Assembly (NCBI GenBank): GCA_964016885.1
Contig: OZ024743.1
Location: 222,580,001 to 222,644,000, forward strand
Reading direction: 5' to 3'
DNA from: Eledone cirrhosa
Lineage: Eukaryota
Length of the DNA: 64,000 nucleotides
This document shows positions 1 to 12,645 of the stretch, piece after piece. Every line of letters begins with the position of its first letter. Position 1 is the first letter of the stretch. The notes beneath the pieces were generated by a model, which did not search any database, had not been told where the DNA came from, and saw only the letters and a program-made list of their open reading frames with translations. The position numbers and the translations under genes are program-made.

Positions 1-98
1 TATCATTTTAAATATATATATATATATATATATAAATGAAGTATTTCCGTCAGAAAGCTACAGGAAAAAGAGTGCTCTATGTAGGCTACAGAGCTTAT

Positions 99-204
99 TA
101 GTTATGTAATAAAGAACATAAGATAATTATTTCATTTACCAGTGGTTTCTTGAATTCAAGAAACCACTGGTAAATGAAATAATTATCTTATGTTGTTTAT
201 TACA

Positions 205-210
<6 letters not shown>
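99..210. repeat. Near-perfect 56-bp-arm palindrome (fold-back micro-element) between (TA)n tracts
   Basis: TAGTTATGTAAT...GGTTTCTTGAA|TTCAAGAAACC...ATTACATAACTA, one mismatch; contains GAAA-CCACTGG-TA (hammerhead 3'-half-like). Confidence 0.85.
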
Positions 211-236
<26 letters not shown>

Positions 237-241
<5 letters not shown>

Positions 242-312
242 TGTCCCCAAAAAAATGTATACTCACTTCAACAGCATTCTAATTAAGTGAGTATACATTT
301 TTTGGGACACCC

Positions 313-314
<2 letters not shown>
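237..314. mobile_element. Tc1/mariner-type MITE (CAGGGTGTCCC TIR family)
   Basis: TIRs GTGTCCCCAAAAAAATGTATAC / GTATACATTTTTTGGGACACCCTG; relatives at 511-604, 36107-36182, 36851-36882 (half), 56593-56691. Confidence 0.75.
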
Positions 315-353
<39 letters not shown>

Positions 354-470
354 TACAAAAATATTGGATTCTTGTATGCTGTTGACTTTAATAATGCATC
401 AAGCTTGACACACCTTACCAAAATAGTAGTGGACTATTCCACTCTCATTATCTCTCTCTCTCTCTCTCTT

Positions 471-510
<40 letters not shown>

Positions 511-512
<2 letters not shown>

Positions 513-604
513 GGGTGTCCCAAAAATGTATCCACACATTCTAATAAATATTGCCTGTATAGGTAATCAAAGTGTGTATACATTTTTTGGGGGGACATCT
601 TCTG
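511..604. mobile_element. Tc1/mariner-type MITE (CAGGGTGTCCC family)
   Basis: CAGGGTGTCCCAAAAATGTAT ... ATACATTTTTTGGGGGGACATCTTCTG. Confidence 0.7.
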
Positions 605-725
605 TATATATATATACATATATATGTATATATATATATATGTGATATGAATATATATGAATATATATATGTGATATGAATATATATGTATATATATGTG
701 ATATGAATATATATATACATGAATA

Positions 726-758
<33 letters not shown>

Positions 759-899
759 GTGATATGAATATATATGAATATATATATGTGATATGAATAT
801 ATATGTATATATATATATGTGATATGAATATATATACATGAATATATATGTATATATATATATGTATATATATATATGTTATATGAAGAATACATATAT

Positions 900-1374
900 A
901 TATATAAAGTTGTATTCCTGTCTGTTTGTTTGTTCACAAACTCCTCCTATGATTTTGGAGATAGACCCCCATAACCATATATATTCTGAAACTACATTGC
1001 CCAGGGTACTTGGATAAGTATATTTCAATTTAATGAAAGGTTTCCTCAGAGGCACAAAACCCCCACTGAAAATATTTTCCCTTCGATTTATATGAAATTT
1101 AAACCATAGCTAAATGACAAGATGCCTATTCACAAAATTTTGAATTGATATTTTGAAAAAAATTATTTACAAGAAACAAAATAGGAATAAGATTTAATAA
1201 TGTAATTTTGATTTGATATATTACAAAAAATAATGTTTTCCAATTTTCCATGCATTACATTTTATATTGAGTAATATTGAAATGCAGACTTTTTCTCCAT
1301 AAATTATATCACTGATTTAAAAATCAATCATCATTTTATTACAAAAAAAAATGTGAAACGCAGCAAGGCGCGGG

Positions 1375-1378
<4 letters not shown>
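900..1378 (+). mobile_element. Probable non-autonomous Helitron-like element
   Basis: Starts TATATAAAG...TGTCTGTTTGTTTG and ends in GC-rich subterminal hairpin-like CGCAGCAAGGCGCGGGTA. Confidence 0.4.
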
Positions 1379-1414
<36 letters not shown>

Positions 1415-1431
1415 TATATATATATATATAT

Positions 1432-1622
1432 AAAGAAGGTATGGTAAGATACCAGGTAGACCATGATGCACCACAGTACTGGATACTTAGGGTAGTAGAG
1501 TGGGTAATAGGAAAAGAGTTAGGACCCCAACGGCTGAGCTCCGGCCGTTTCGACTCCTGGCTTAGTTTGAATCTATCTGTCGAAATGGCCGGAGCTCAGC
1601 CGTCAGGGTCCTAACTCTTTTC
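1432..1622. mobile_element. Fold-back micro-element in (TA)n (family also at 36236-36335, 36770-36835, 58550-58742)
   Basis: Shared leader GGTAAG..ACCAG...ATACTTAGGGTAGTAGAGTGGGTAATAGGAAAA, then a ~44-bp-arm inverted repeat 1511-1622. Confidence 0.75.
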
Positions 1623-1640
1623 ATATATATATATATATAT

Positions 1641-1890
1641 TTCCTTGAGTAAGACACTTTATTTCACATTGCTCCAGTTTACTCACCTGTAGAAATGAGA
1701 TGATAGGGACTGAGGTCCTTATCATTCCAATGTAAAGTGGACGTGTAGGTGCCACGGCAAAAAAGCACCCAGCACTCACTGTAAATGAGGTTGGTGTTAG
1801 GAAGGGCATCCAGCTGTAGAAATCAAGCCAGAATCAGTTCCCGTCCCACCCTTGCAAGCAGGAAAAAAGCGGACGTAAAATGATAATGAC
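1641..1890 (+). mobile_element. 5'-truncated CORE-like SINE (family A) with RTE-type tail
   Basis: Near-identical to reverse complement of 8846-9100; CCTTGAGTAAGACACTTTATTTCAC core; tail GCGGACGTAAAATGATAATG. Confidence 0.85.
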
Positions 1891-2264
1891 AGAGAGAGAG
1901 AGATATGAGAAAGTTTAAAGAAGATATTGCCTTCCTTATATAACTGGCACATTCCAACTATATAACTATTATATCACAATTATAACTATGAACACTACCA
2001 CACACACCATTGAGTGGTATCTTCTCTTTCAACTACACACAGTCATCCTTTCACTACTTTCATTAACTATTTATTTCATTCAATTAATTATTCATTCATA
2101 CATTCTACCATTCTACTACATTAGCTCCCATAGTTGTTTCCTTCTGTTGTTGCCAGTTTTGTCTCACATCCTATATATATATATCTATGAGTAATTTTGT
2201 AGAACAATAAAACTATGCATATATCAGATAAGTAGCACTCAACAGTTGGTAGAACTGGAGTATA

Positions 2265-2352
2265 TATAATAAAGAAGAAATTAAAAGATGGTTAAAAAAT
2301 GGTTAAAATATATGGAACTCTTTTAACCATCTTTTAATTTCTTCTTTATTAT
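2265..2352. repeat. Inverted repeat next to (TA)n
   Basis: ATAATAAAGAAGAAATTAAAAGATGGTTAAAA ... TTTTAACCATCTTTTAATTTCTTCTTTATTAT. Confidence 0.75.
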
Positions 2353-2644
2353 CTATATATATATATATATATGCACATACATATATATATATATACACAC
2401 ACATATATACATATAGACACACTCACTTATATACATTTATGTACACAGATACATATATAAACACACACATATATATTTAAACATACATATACACACACAC
2501 ACATATATATATGTATATACACATACACATATATATACACACAAATACATATATATATACACACACACACACACATATATATGCACCTATACACACACAT
2601 AGTGAGTGAAGAGTTAGAAAACAACTAAAAACTAAAACATTCTA

Positions 2645-5600
2645 AGAGAATAATAGTAAGAATGAGAGAGAAGGAAAGAGATGGAAAGAGAATGAGAGAA
2701 GGAAAAAGAATGAGAGAAGGAAAGAGAATGAGAGAAGGAAAGAGAATGAAAGAGAATGAGAGAGAAGGAAAAAGAATGAGAAGGAAAGAGAATGAGAGAA
2801 GGAAAGAGAATGAAAGAGAATGAGAGAGAAGGAAAAAGAATGAGAAGGAAAGAGAATGAAAGAGAATGAGAGAGAATGAAAGAGAATGAGAGAGAAGGAA
2901 AGAGAATGAGAGAAGGAAAGAGAATGAAAGAGAATGAGAGAGAATGAAAGAGAATGAGAGAGAAGGAAAAAGAATGAGAGAAGGAAAGAGAATGAGAGAA
3001 GGAAAGAGAAGGAAAGAGAATGAGAGAGAATGAAAGAGAATGAGAGAGAAGGAAAAAGAATGAGAGAAGGAAAGAATGAAAGAGAAGGAAAGAGAATGAG
3101 AGTAGGAAGGAGAATGAGAGAAGGAAAGAGAATGAGAGAGAATGAGAGAAGGAAAGAGAATGAAAGAGAAGAAAAGAGAATGAGAGAGAATGAGAGAAGG
3201 AAAGAGAATGAAAGAGAATGAGAGAAGGAAAGAGAAGGGAAAAGAATGAGAGAAGGAAAGAGAATGAGAGAGAATGAAAGAGAATGGAAGAGAATGAGAG
3301 AAGGAAAGAGAATGAGAGAGAATGAAAGAGAATGAGAGAGAAGGAAAAAGAATGAGAGAAGGAAAGAAAATGAAAGAGAATGAGAGAAGGAAAAAGAATG
3401 AGAGAAGGAAAGAAAATGAAAGAGAATGAGAGAGAAGGAAAAAGAATGAGAGAAGGAAAGAGAATGAAAGAGAATGAGAGAAGGAAAGAGAAGGGAAAAG
3501 AATGAGAGAAGGAAAGAGAATGAGAGAGAATGAAAGAGAATGGAAGAGAATGAGAGAAGGAAAGAGAATGAGAGAGAATGAAAGAGAATGAGAGAGAAGG
3601 AAAAAGAATGAGAGAAGGAAAGAAAATGAAAGAGAATGAGAGAGAAGGAAAAAGAATGAGAGAAGGAAAGAGAATGAAAGAGAATGAGAGAGAAGGAAAA
3701 AGAATGAGAGAATGAAAGAGAATGAGAGAGAAGGAAAGAGAATGGGAGAAGGAAAGAGAATGAAGGAATGAGAGAGAAGGAAAAAGAATGAGAGAATGAA
3801 AGAATGAGAGAGAAAGAAAAAGAATGAGAATGAAAGAGAATGAGAGAGAAGGAAAAAGAATGAGAGAAGGAAAGAGAATGAGAGAAGGAAAGAATGAGAG
3901 AGAAGGGAAAAGAATGAGAGAAGGAAAGAGAATGAGAGAAGGAAAGAGAATGAAAGAGAATGAGAGAGAAGGAAAAAGAATGAGAGAAGGAAAGAGAATG
4001 AAAGAGAATGAAAGAGAATGAGAGAAAAGGAAAGAGAATGAAAGAGAGAAGGAAAGAGAATGAGAGAGAGAAGGAAAGAGAATGAGAGAGAGAAGGAAAG
4101 AGAATGAGAGAGAAGGAAAGAGAATGAGAGCGAGAAGGAAAGAGAATGAGAGAGAAGGAAAGAGAATGAGAGCGAGAAGGAAAAAGAATGAGAGCAAGAA
4201 GGAAAAAGAATGAGAGCAAGAAGGAAAGAGAATGAGAGAGAAAGAAAGAGAATGAGAGAGAGGGAAAGAGAATGAGAGAGAGAAGGAAAGAGAATGAGAG
4301 AGAAGGGAAAAGAATGAGAGAAGGAAAGAGAATGAAAGAGAATGAAAGAGAATGAGAGAGAAGGAAAAAGAATGAGAGAAGGAAAGAGAATGAAAGAGAA
4401 TGAGAGAAAAGGAAAGAGAATGAGAGAGAGAAGGAAAGAGAATGAGAGCGAGAAGGAAAGAGAATGAGAGAGAGAAGGAAAGAGAATGAGAGCGAGAAGG
4501 AAAAAGAATGAGAGCGAGAAAGAGAATGAGAGAGAAAGAAAGAGAATGAGAGAGAGGGAAAGAGAATGAGAGAGAAAAGGAAAGAGAATGAGAGCGAGAA
4601 GGAAAGAGAATGAGAGAGAGGGAAAGAGAATGAGAGAGAGAAGGAAAGAGAATGAGAGCGAGAAGGAAAGAGAATGAGAGAGAGAAGGAAAGAGAATGAG
4701 AGCGAGAAGGAAAGAGAATGAGAGAGAGAAGGAAAGAGAATGAGAGAGAGAGGGAAAGAGAATGAGAGCGAGAAGGAAAGAGAATGAGAGAGTAGGAAAG
4801 AGAATGAGAGAGAAGGAAAGAGAATGAGAGAGAGAAGGAAAGAGAATGAGAGCGAGAAGGAAAGAGAATGAGAGAGAGAAGGAAATAGAATGAGAGCGAG
4901 AAGGAAAGAGAATGAGAGAGTAGGAAAGAGAATGAGAGAGAAGGAAAGAGAATGAGAGAGAGTAGGAAAGAGAATGAGAGAGAGGGAAAGAGAATGAGAG
5001 AGAAGGAAAGAGAATGAGAGCGAGAAGGAAAGAGAATGAGAGAGTAGGAAAGAGAATGAGAGAGAGAAGGAAAGAGAATGAGAGAGAGTAGGAAAGAGAA
5101 TGAGAGAGAGGGAAAGAGAATGAGAGAGTAGGAAAGAGAATGAGAGAGAGTAGGAAAGAGAATGAGAGAGAAAGAAAGAGAATGAGAGAGAGGGAAAGAG
5201 AATGAGAGAGAGAAGGAAAGAGAATGAGAGAGAAGGGAAAAGAATGAGAGAGAGAAGGAAAGAGAATGAGAGCGAGAAGGAAAGAGAATGAGAGAGAGAA
5301 GGAAAGAGAATGAGAGCGAGAAGGAAAGAGAATGAGAGCGAGAAGGAAAGAGAATGAGAGAGAAGGAAAGAGAATGAGAGAGAGTAGGAAAGAGAGGGAA
5401 AGAGAATGAGAGAGTAGGAAAGAGATTGAGAGAGAGTAGGAAAGAGAATGAGAGAGAGGGAAAGAGAATGAGAGAGAGAAGGAAAGAGAATGAGAGAGAG
5501 AAGGAAAGAGAATGAGAGAGAGGGAAAGAGAATGAGAGAGAGAAGGAAAGAGAATGAGAGAGAGAAGGAAAGAGAATGAGAGCGAGAAGGAAAGAGAATG

Positions 5601-7471
5601 AGAGCAAGAAGGAAAGAGAATGAGAGAGAAAGAAAGAGAATGAGAGAAGGAAAGAGAATGAAAAAGAATGAGATAAGGAAAGAGAATGAGAGAGAAGGAA
5701 AAACAATGAGAGAAGGAAAGAGAATGAAAGAGAATGAGAGAAAAGGAAAGAGAATGAAAGAGAGAAGGAAAGAGAATGAGAGAGAGAAGGAAAGAGAATG
5801 AGAGAGAGAAGGAAAGAGAATGAGAGAGAAGGAAAGAGAATGAGAGCGAGAAAGAAAGAGAATGAGAGAGAAAGAAAGAGAATGAGAGAGAGGGAAAGAG
5901 AATGAGAGAGAGAAGGAAAGAGAATGAGAGCGAGAAGGAAAGAGAATGAGAGAGAGGGAAAGAGAATGAGAGAGAGAAGGAAAGAGAATGAGAGCGAGAA
6001 GGAAAGAGAATGAGAGAGAGAAGGAGAGAGAGAGAGAAGGAAAGAGAATGAGAGCGAGAAGGAAAGAGAATGAGAGAGAGAGGGAAAGAGAATGAGAGAG
6101 AGAGGGAAAGAGAATGAGAGCGAGAAGGAAAGAGAATGAGAGAGTAGGAAAGAGAATGAGAGAGAAGGAAAGAGAATGAGAGAGAGAAGGAAAGAGAATG
6201 AGAGAGAGAAGGAAAGAGAATGAGAGCGAGAAGGAAAGAGAATGAGAGAGTAGGAAAGAGAATGAGAGAGAGAAGGAAAGAGAATGAGAGAGAGGGAAAG
6301 AGAATGAGAGAGTAGGAAAGAGAATGAGAGAGAGTAGGAAAGAGAATGAGAGAGAAAGAAAGAGAATGAGAGAGAGGGAAAGAGAATGAGAGAGAGAAGG
6401 AAAGAGAATGAGAGAGAAGGGAAAAGAATGAGAGAGAGAAGGAAAGAGAATGAGAGCGAGAAGGAAAGAGAATGAGAGAGAGAAGGAAAGAGAATGAGAG
6501 AGTAGGAAAGAGAATGAGAGAGAAGGAAAGAGAATGAGAGAGAGAAGGAAAGAGAATGAGAGCGAGAAGGAAAGAGAATGAGAGAGAGAAGGAAAGAGAA
6601 TGAGAGCAAGAAGGAAAGAGAATGAGAGAGTAGGAAAGAGAATGAGAGAGAGAAGGAAAGAGAATGAGAGAGAAGGAAAGAGAATGAGAGAGAGAGAGAG
6701 GGAAAGAGAATGAGAGAGAGAAGGAAAGAGAATGAGAGCGAGAAGGAAAGAGAATGAGAGAGTAGGAAAGAGAATGAGAGAGAGAAGGAAAGAGAATGAG
6801 AGAGAGAAGGAAAGAGAATGAGAGCGAGAAGGAAAGAGAATGAGAGAGAGAAGGAAAGAGAATGAGAGCGAGAAGGAAAGAGAATGAGAGAGTAGGAAAG
6901 AGAATGAGAGAGAGAAGGAAAGAGAATGAGAGAGAGAAGGAAAGAGAATGAGAGAGAGTAGGAAAGAGAGGGAAAGAGAATGAGAGAGTAGGAAAGAGAA
7001 TGAGAGACAGTAGGAAAGAGAATGAGAGAGAGAAGGAAAGAGAATGAGAGAGAGAAGGAAAGAGAATGAGAGAGAGGGAAAGAGAATGAGAGAGAGAAGG
7101 AAAGAGAATGAGAGAGAGAAGGAAAGAGAATGAGAGCGAGAAGGAAAGAGAATGAGAGCAAGAAGGAAAGAGAAGGAAAGAGAATGAGAGAGAGAGAAGG
7201 AAAGAGAATGAGAGAGAGTAGGAAAGAGAATGAGAGAGAGGGAAAGAGAATGAGAGAGTAGGAAAGAGAATGAGAGAGAGAAGGAAAGAGAATGAGAACG
7301 AGAAGGAAAGAGAACGAGAGAGAGAAGGAAAGAGAATGAGAGAGGGAAAGAGAATGAGAGAGAGGGAAAGAGAATGAGAGAGTAGGAAAGAGAATGAGAG
7401 AGAGAAGGAAAGAGAATGAGAGAGAGGGAAAGAGAATGAGAGAGAGGGAAAGAGAATGAGAGAGAGGGAAA
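2645..7471 (+). repeat. 4.8-kb polypurine satellite, unit ~GGAAAGAGAATGAGAGA(GA)nA (about 19-25 bp)
   Basis: Directly visible tandem array; + strand almost entirely A/G. Confidence 0.97.
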
Positions 7472-7874
7472 GCCATCCTCAAACTTTATTTAATAGAGGC
7501 AGCAAAACGTTAGTCATTTTATACAAAATAACCACATTCTTTTCCTCTATAGTTAAATGAACACACATACACTATTCAAACATACATGAATGGCAAAAGT
7601 ACACTCACACATACACACACTCACACCCACACTGATTTATTTTACAAGAAAGCTTACCTCTCTCAGCTCATCTCACAAAAAAAATGAAACAAACACCTGT
7701 TGACAATAGGTGTTGCACATTATGGTGAATTCAGATTGTACATAACTCTTGCATGCCTTCCTCTTATCCCTGTGTATATGTGAGTTTTCTGTTGTTGTTT
7801 TACATAGTTTACAAGTGTCTCATTGGAATGGTTTAAGCTAGAAGGCAAGGCTTACTTGCAATGTTGTATATAGT

Positions 7875-8082
7875 ATTTTCAAATTTTAAATTTACTAGCT
7901 TCAACGATTTTGGCTGTGAAAAATTGTCTAAGTTGGGTGCATAAATCCTTGAAGATGGAAAAAATTTATACAGTGTCGCCGGTACTGTATATATTTTTCC
8001 ATCATCAGAGGCTTATGTGTCCAGCTTAGACTATTTTTCATAGTCAAAATGCTGAAGCTACTAACTTTAAAATTTAAAATTT
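7875..8082. mobile_element. Old imperfect palindromic MITE-like element
   Basis: ~100-bp degenerate arms centred on TACAGTGTCGCCGGTACTGTA. Confidence 0.55.
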
Positions 8083-8845
8083 CCTATCAGCTCAACAATT
8101 CTAAAAAAAGATTGTTTACGCATGGTGATTGTTTACGCAAACACACCATGTAATCCAGTACAACCCGCTTCATGGTCGAGTGGTCAACAACCTTGGTCTG
8201 GTGAGGATGGTAAATGCAAAAAATAACGGTTGTTAAAAGGGTGAATGAACTCTGAGGAGCCGACAGCCATCCACCCCGATTATGAGTTAAATAGCCTCAC
8301 CAATCCACAATTTGCCAAGCGTAGTGAGTACAGCTACCCCCATGAAGACATGACTGAAACCAATCAGTGGAGGTCAACTAGGGAGGGCTTTCTCCAACAG
8401 GAGTGAGAAGGCTCTGAATTGGATTGGATCAGATAGATATATATATATCACCATCATCATCATTTAACGTCTATCTTCCATGCTAGCATGGGTTAGACGA
8501 TATATATATGACGTTCAACGATGATGATGATGATGATATATATAAATATATATATATATATATGCAAAAAGTAAACAGAAATAACAAACCTAACTACACA
8601 ATACAATGAAGAAATATATTAGTTTAACGCTTGATACAGCAGAAAAGAGTCTTAATATTTCGAACACTTGATCACACACACATATATATGCGTGTGTGTG
8701 ATCAAAATGACAAAAGACCAAGGTTAACAACTTACATTCATTCTTTTCTCTACATCCATTTCAATACAGTTACAATGGTACATGCATACGCAAACATAAT
8801 AGTGACGTACTCCACTATAATCACATATTATATATGTATATATAT

Positions 8846-9182
8846 ATCATCATCATCATTTTACGTCCGCTTTTTCCCTAGTTGCAAGGGTGGGACAGGA
8901 ACTGATTCTGGCTTGATTTCTACAGCTGGATGCCCTTCGTAACACCAACCTCATTTACAGTGAGTGCTGGATGCTTTTTTGCCGTGGCACCTCCACAACC
9001 ACTTTGCAGTGGAATGATATGGACCCCAGTCCATATCATCTCATTTCTACAGCTGAGTAAACTGGAGCAATGTGAAATAAAGTGTCTTGCTCAAGGAAAC
9101 AACACATCACCCGGTCTGAGAATTGAACTCACAACCTTTCGATTGCAAGGCCAATGCTCTAACCACTAAGCCATGTGCCTCC
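8846..9182 (-). mobile_element. Full-length tRNA-derived CORE-like SINE (family A)
   Basis: Minus strand: A box TGGCTTAGTGG, B box GAGTTCAATTC, CORE-like domain, RTE-type tail ending (GAT)n; flanked by (TA)n. Confidence 0.88.
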
Positions 9183-9639
9183 ATATATATATAATATGGT
9201 GGTTAAGTGACTACTATTACACACACCACACAAGTCTAATAGATTTCATATTTTGCAGGAAAAGAGAGGTGGTTGTGAATACCAAGTCTTTCACTGGTGA
9301 AGAACCTATCACTCAACATAGACTGGTGATTGGTGCAATGGAGTAAAGAGCCAGAGATACAAATGCACAAGACAAACTGGAGAAGATATGAAATCTGAAA
9401 GATCCCTCAACCTAACACAGGTTTAAAGAAGTATTAGGTGGCACATATATCAAGAAGGAGATGTCACTTTAGAGTTATCTACATAAAAAGCCAAGTTATG
9501 AAAGTATCTGATATATAGTACATCAATTAAAAAGAAAATTAACTGAGATGAGATGCAGTCCAGGTTTGTACCAGGATAGGAGACCACTAATGCCCTCCTT
9601 TTCCTAGTGAGGCCACTAATGCTCTGCTTTTCCTAATGA

Positions 9640-10575
9640 GACCACTAAAGACAGAAGAGTTTAGAAAAGAGCAAGCTTTTACACCTACCATTAATTGACC
9701 ATGAAAAGGTTTTTGGCAGAGTGCTACGCACTACATCAAGTGACCCACTAAGAAATCTAGGTGTAGATGATTGGTTTGGGAGAGCTGTACAAATCATAGA
9801 TGGAGATATTGCCAGTAAGTTGAGAATTAACAATGGAATCAATGAGGAATTTAACATATAGATAGCTGTCCTTCAGAGCTCTGTTCTGAGCCAACTCCTG
9901 TTTAGAGCTCTCTAAGCTAAGAGGTGCTTAAGTCAAGTTGTCTGTGGGAACTTCGGTATGTATATGAACTAGTTCTTATGGCTGTGTCTGTCAAAGAATC
10001 ATAATCTTCAATTTACATCCACTTTCTATTTTGCCATGGGTTGAATGGGTTGTCATGGTTGGAGATAAGACATACTCATATATTCCATATTTTGGTATGC
10101 CTCCTACAGCTGGATGCTCTTCCTAGTGCTAATCCCTTTACAGAGTGTAATGGGAGCATTTTATCATGTGACTAGTACTATTTTATAGAGGGTACTAGGT
10201 GCAAAAAATAAGCAAAGAAATTCCAAATATTGAAGCAGAACTTAAAACCAAGAAGTATTAAAATAAGACTAGCACTTTAGTTAACAGGAAAAACAAGACA
10301 CTACAACCATGCTCAATATGCAGAAAAGGACTAGGTAGAAATTCCATATGCTATACTCAATGTAAACTATGGGTGCATGTAGGATCACAGGTAGGCTGAC
10401 AGAATAAGTTTATATGTAACATATGTGTTGAAATAGTTAGCTCTAAGAACACATAAAATAAATTCTTCCAATGCTTGTAGGGGCTCCATAGAGGTAGTTG
10501 ATAGTTTCTGTTGCATAGGTGAACATTAGCAATTTAGAGGCTTCAGAGAAATATTGCCTTTATGAGCAACAAATG
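9640..10575 (+). pseudogene. Decayed RTE-clade LINE RT fragment interrupted by a SINE (~10010-10170, -)
   Basis: Residual motifs resembling D.EK.F..V, LRNLGVDDW, SVLS.LLF, VVDSFC; many stops and frameshifts. Confidence 0.65.
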
Positions 10576-10741
10576 ATTTTACTAAATGTGTTTAATATAT
10601 ATATATATATATACACACACAGAGACTCTTCAGCCTGTCTGAAAGGTCAGTAGCCCTGCTTCAGTACTGATTTGGTCTATATAGACCTGTTCAACCCTTA
10701 CTAGCAGGGAAAGTGGATGTTAAATGCTGATGATGATTATG

Positions 10742-10791
<50 letters not shown>

Positions 10792-10799
10792 GTGTGTTA

Positions 10800-12122
10800 G
10801 AAATGACTGATGCTCAAAAGAAAGAGACCTGTTACTATGAGAGGTTGGTGAATGTAGAGAATAAATGGGAGGAAGAGAAACTAACATAACAGAGGGACCA
10901 GCTACTGAAATTGAGAGTTATAGGGTCAAAGAAACAATCAAGGAGATGGAGAATAGCAAAGCTGCGGAACTGTCAGAGATAGTTGCGAAGATGCTAAAAG
11001 CATGAGAAGTAGGAGTCTAAGTAGTGAATCAGGTAATACAGGACAGAGCCATACCCAATGACTGGTGCAGCAGTACAATCATAAATTGCTACAAGGCCAA
11101 AGGTGATGCTCTAGAAAGGAGCAATTACAGAGGAATAAAACTAATGGACCAAGTTATAAAAGTGACAGAAATTTATAGCACAGCTTATTAGTCAAATCCA
11201 TAAAAGAACTGGAGAATAAGGTCTGATTATAGAAACAGAATTTAGAATCAAAAGGTCTGAAAGTAGATTTAGTCAAACTAAAGTGCTAGTAAGTAGGAAA
11301 GAAGATAGGACCCTGATTCCTTTAGGAAAGTGGCCCTGCTCAATATGTAGAAAAGAGGTAGGCATCATTTCTATACGATGTACACAATGTAAATCTTGAA
11401 CACACAAGAGATGTAGTAGGATATCAGATAGACTAAACAGAAAGGGAAAACTTTATATGTAGAAGATGCACAGGGGTAATTGATGGGAAGAGTTTCAGTA
11501 ATATAAACCTTTTCCAATCACATGAAGCATCCATAGAAGTGGTTGATAGCTTCTGCTACCTCGGTGACCTAATTAGTAGTGGAGGAGGGTGCTCCAAGCA
11601 CATAATAGCTAGAATAAGAATAAGGATAGGATGGAAAATGTTTAGAGAGCTACTACCACTGTTGACAATAAAAGGTGTCTATGTACAAAAGGATAGCTAT
11701 ATGATGTCTGTGTGCAAAGTATGATGCTGTATGGTGGTGAAATATGGACGTAGATTGGAGAGAAATTAAGCAACTATGCGTCAATGTAAATGTGAGAGAA
11801 AGGTAGAGCTTGGATGAACTGAGGGAGAAACTGGGTCTAAGAGGAATCCGGTGTGATGTGCAAGAGAGAAGACTGTGTTGGCACAGACATGTGATACACA
11901 TGGATGATTATTGCTAGATCAGGAAGTGCCAGGAAATCACATTGGAAGAAAGCTGCAGTAGAAATAGACCAAGGAAAACCTGGGCTGAGGTAGTGAGAGC
12001 TGATCTCAAATCACTGAGACTCACAAAGGAGATGATGAAAGAACACAGTAAATGGAAAGATGCTGTGGTGAAAAGAACCCATCCAACTTGTGTGAACATG
12101 GAAAAACGGACATAAAAAAGAT
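10800..12122 (+). pseudogene. Decayed, internally deleted RTE-clade LINE with 3' end
   Basis: IPNDW..STIINCYK.KGDALERSNYRGIKLMDQV; VDSFCYLGDLISSGGGCS; 3' tail CATGGAAAAACGGAC shared with family A SINEs. Confidence 0.8.
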
Positions 12123-12579
12123 GTACATAAATACACGTACATACATACATACATGTATAATATATGTATTTATGTGTCTTGTATGTGTATGTACATGTGT
12201 GTGGATGTATGTACAAATGTGTGTATGAATAATTCAAGCCAATATACGGAATGAAAGTCAATACCATAATATTCCCATCAGTCATCACATGTAGTATATG
12301 TACACATACTCCCCTTTTATTGAAATGAACCTTATAAATATGTAGATCCCTGCAGCCTGACTAAGCAACAAAACTGTAATGTAAGCTATATATATATCAA
12401 TACTGGCATGTGTTGAACAGGTCGTTTGGAAATCAACTCAATGCTTAATCAGAGCTATTGTCCTCTCAGACGAGCTACGGGGCCCCCGAATCTCACTTAC
12501 ATACATTCCAACACTTTTCAGAGTGTAGAAATTATTGTTCCCTTGCTAGCAGGAGAAGACGGATGATAAATGATGATGT

Positions 12580-12643
<64 letters not shown>

Positions 12644-12645
12644 CT

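Noticed and set aside
2632-7482. 1616-aa S/L/F-rich ORF and overlapping ORFs
   Set aside because: The pyrimidine strand of the satellite can hardly form stop codons; no domain content
7653-7705. Minus-strand micro-exon (CAACAG|G ... GAG|GTAAGC) as next exon of the host gene
   Set aside because: In-frame TGA when joined in phase 1 to the signal-peptide exon
8640-8725. Hammerhead-like arrangement around a TTGATCACAC...GTGTGATCAA hairpin
   Set aside because: No recognisable CUGANGA core
9095-9182. tRNA gene
   Set aside because: A and B boxes belong to a SINE head; no full cloverleaf
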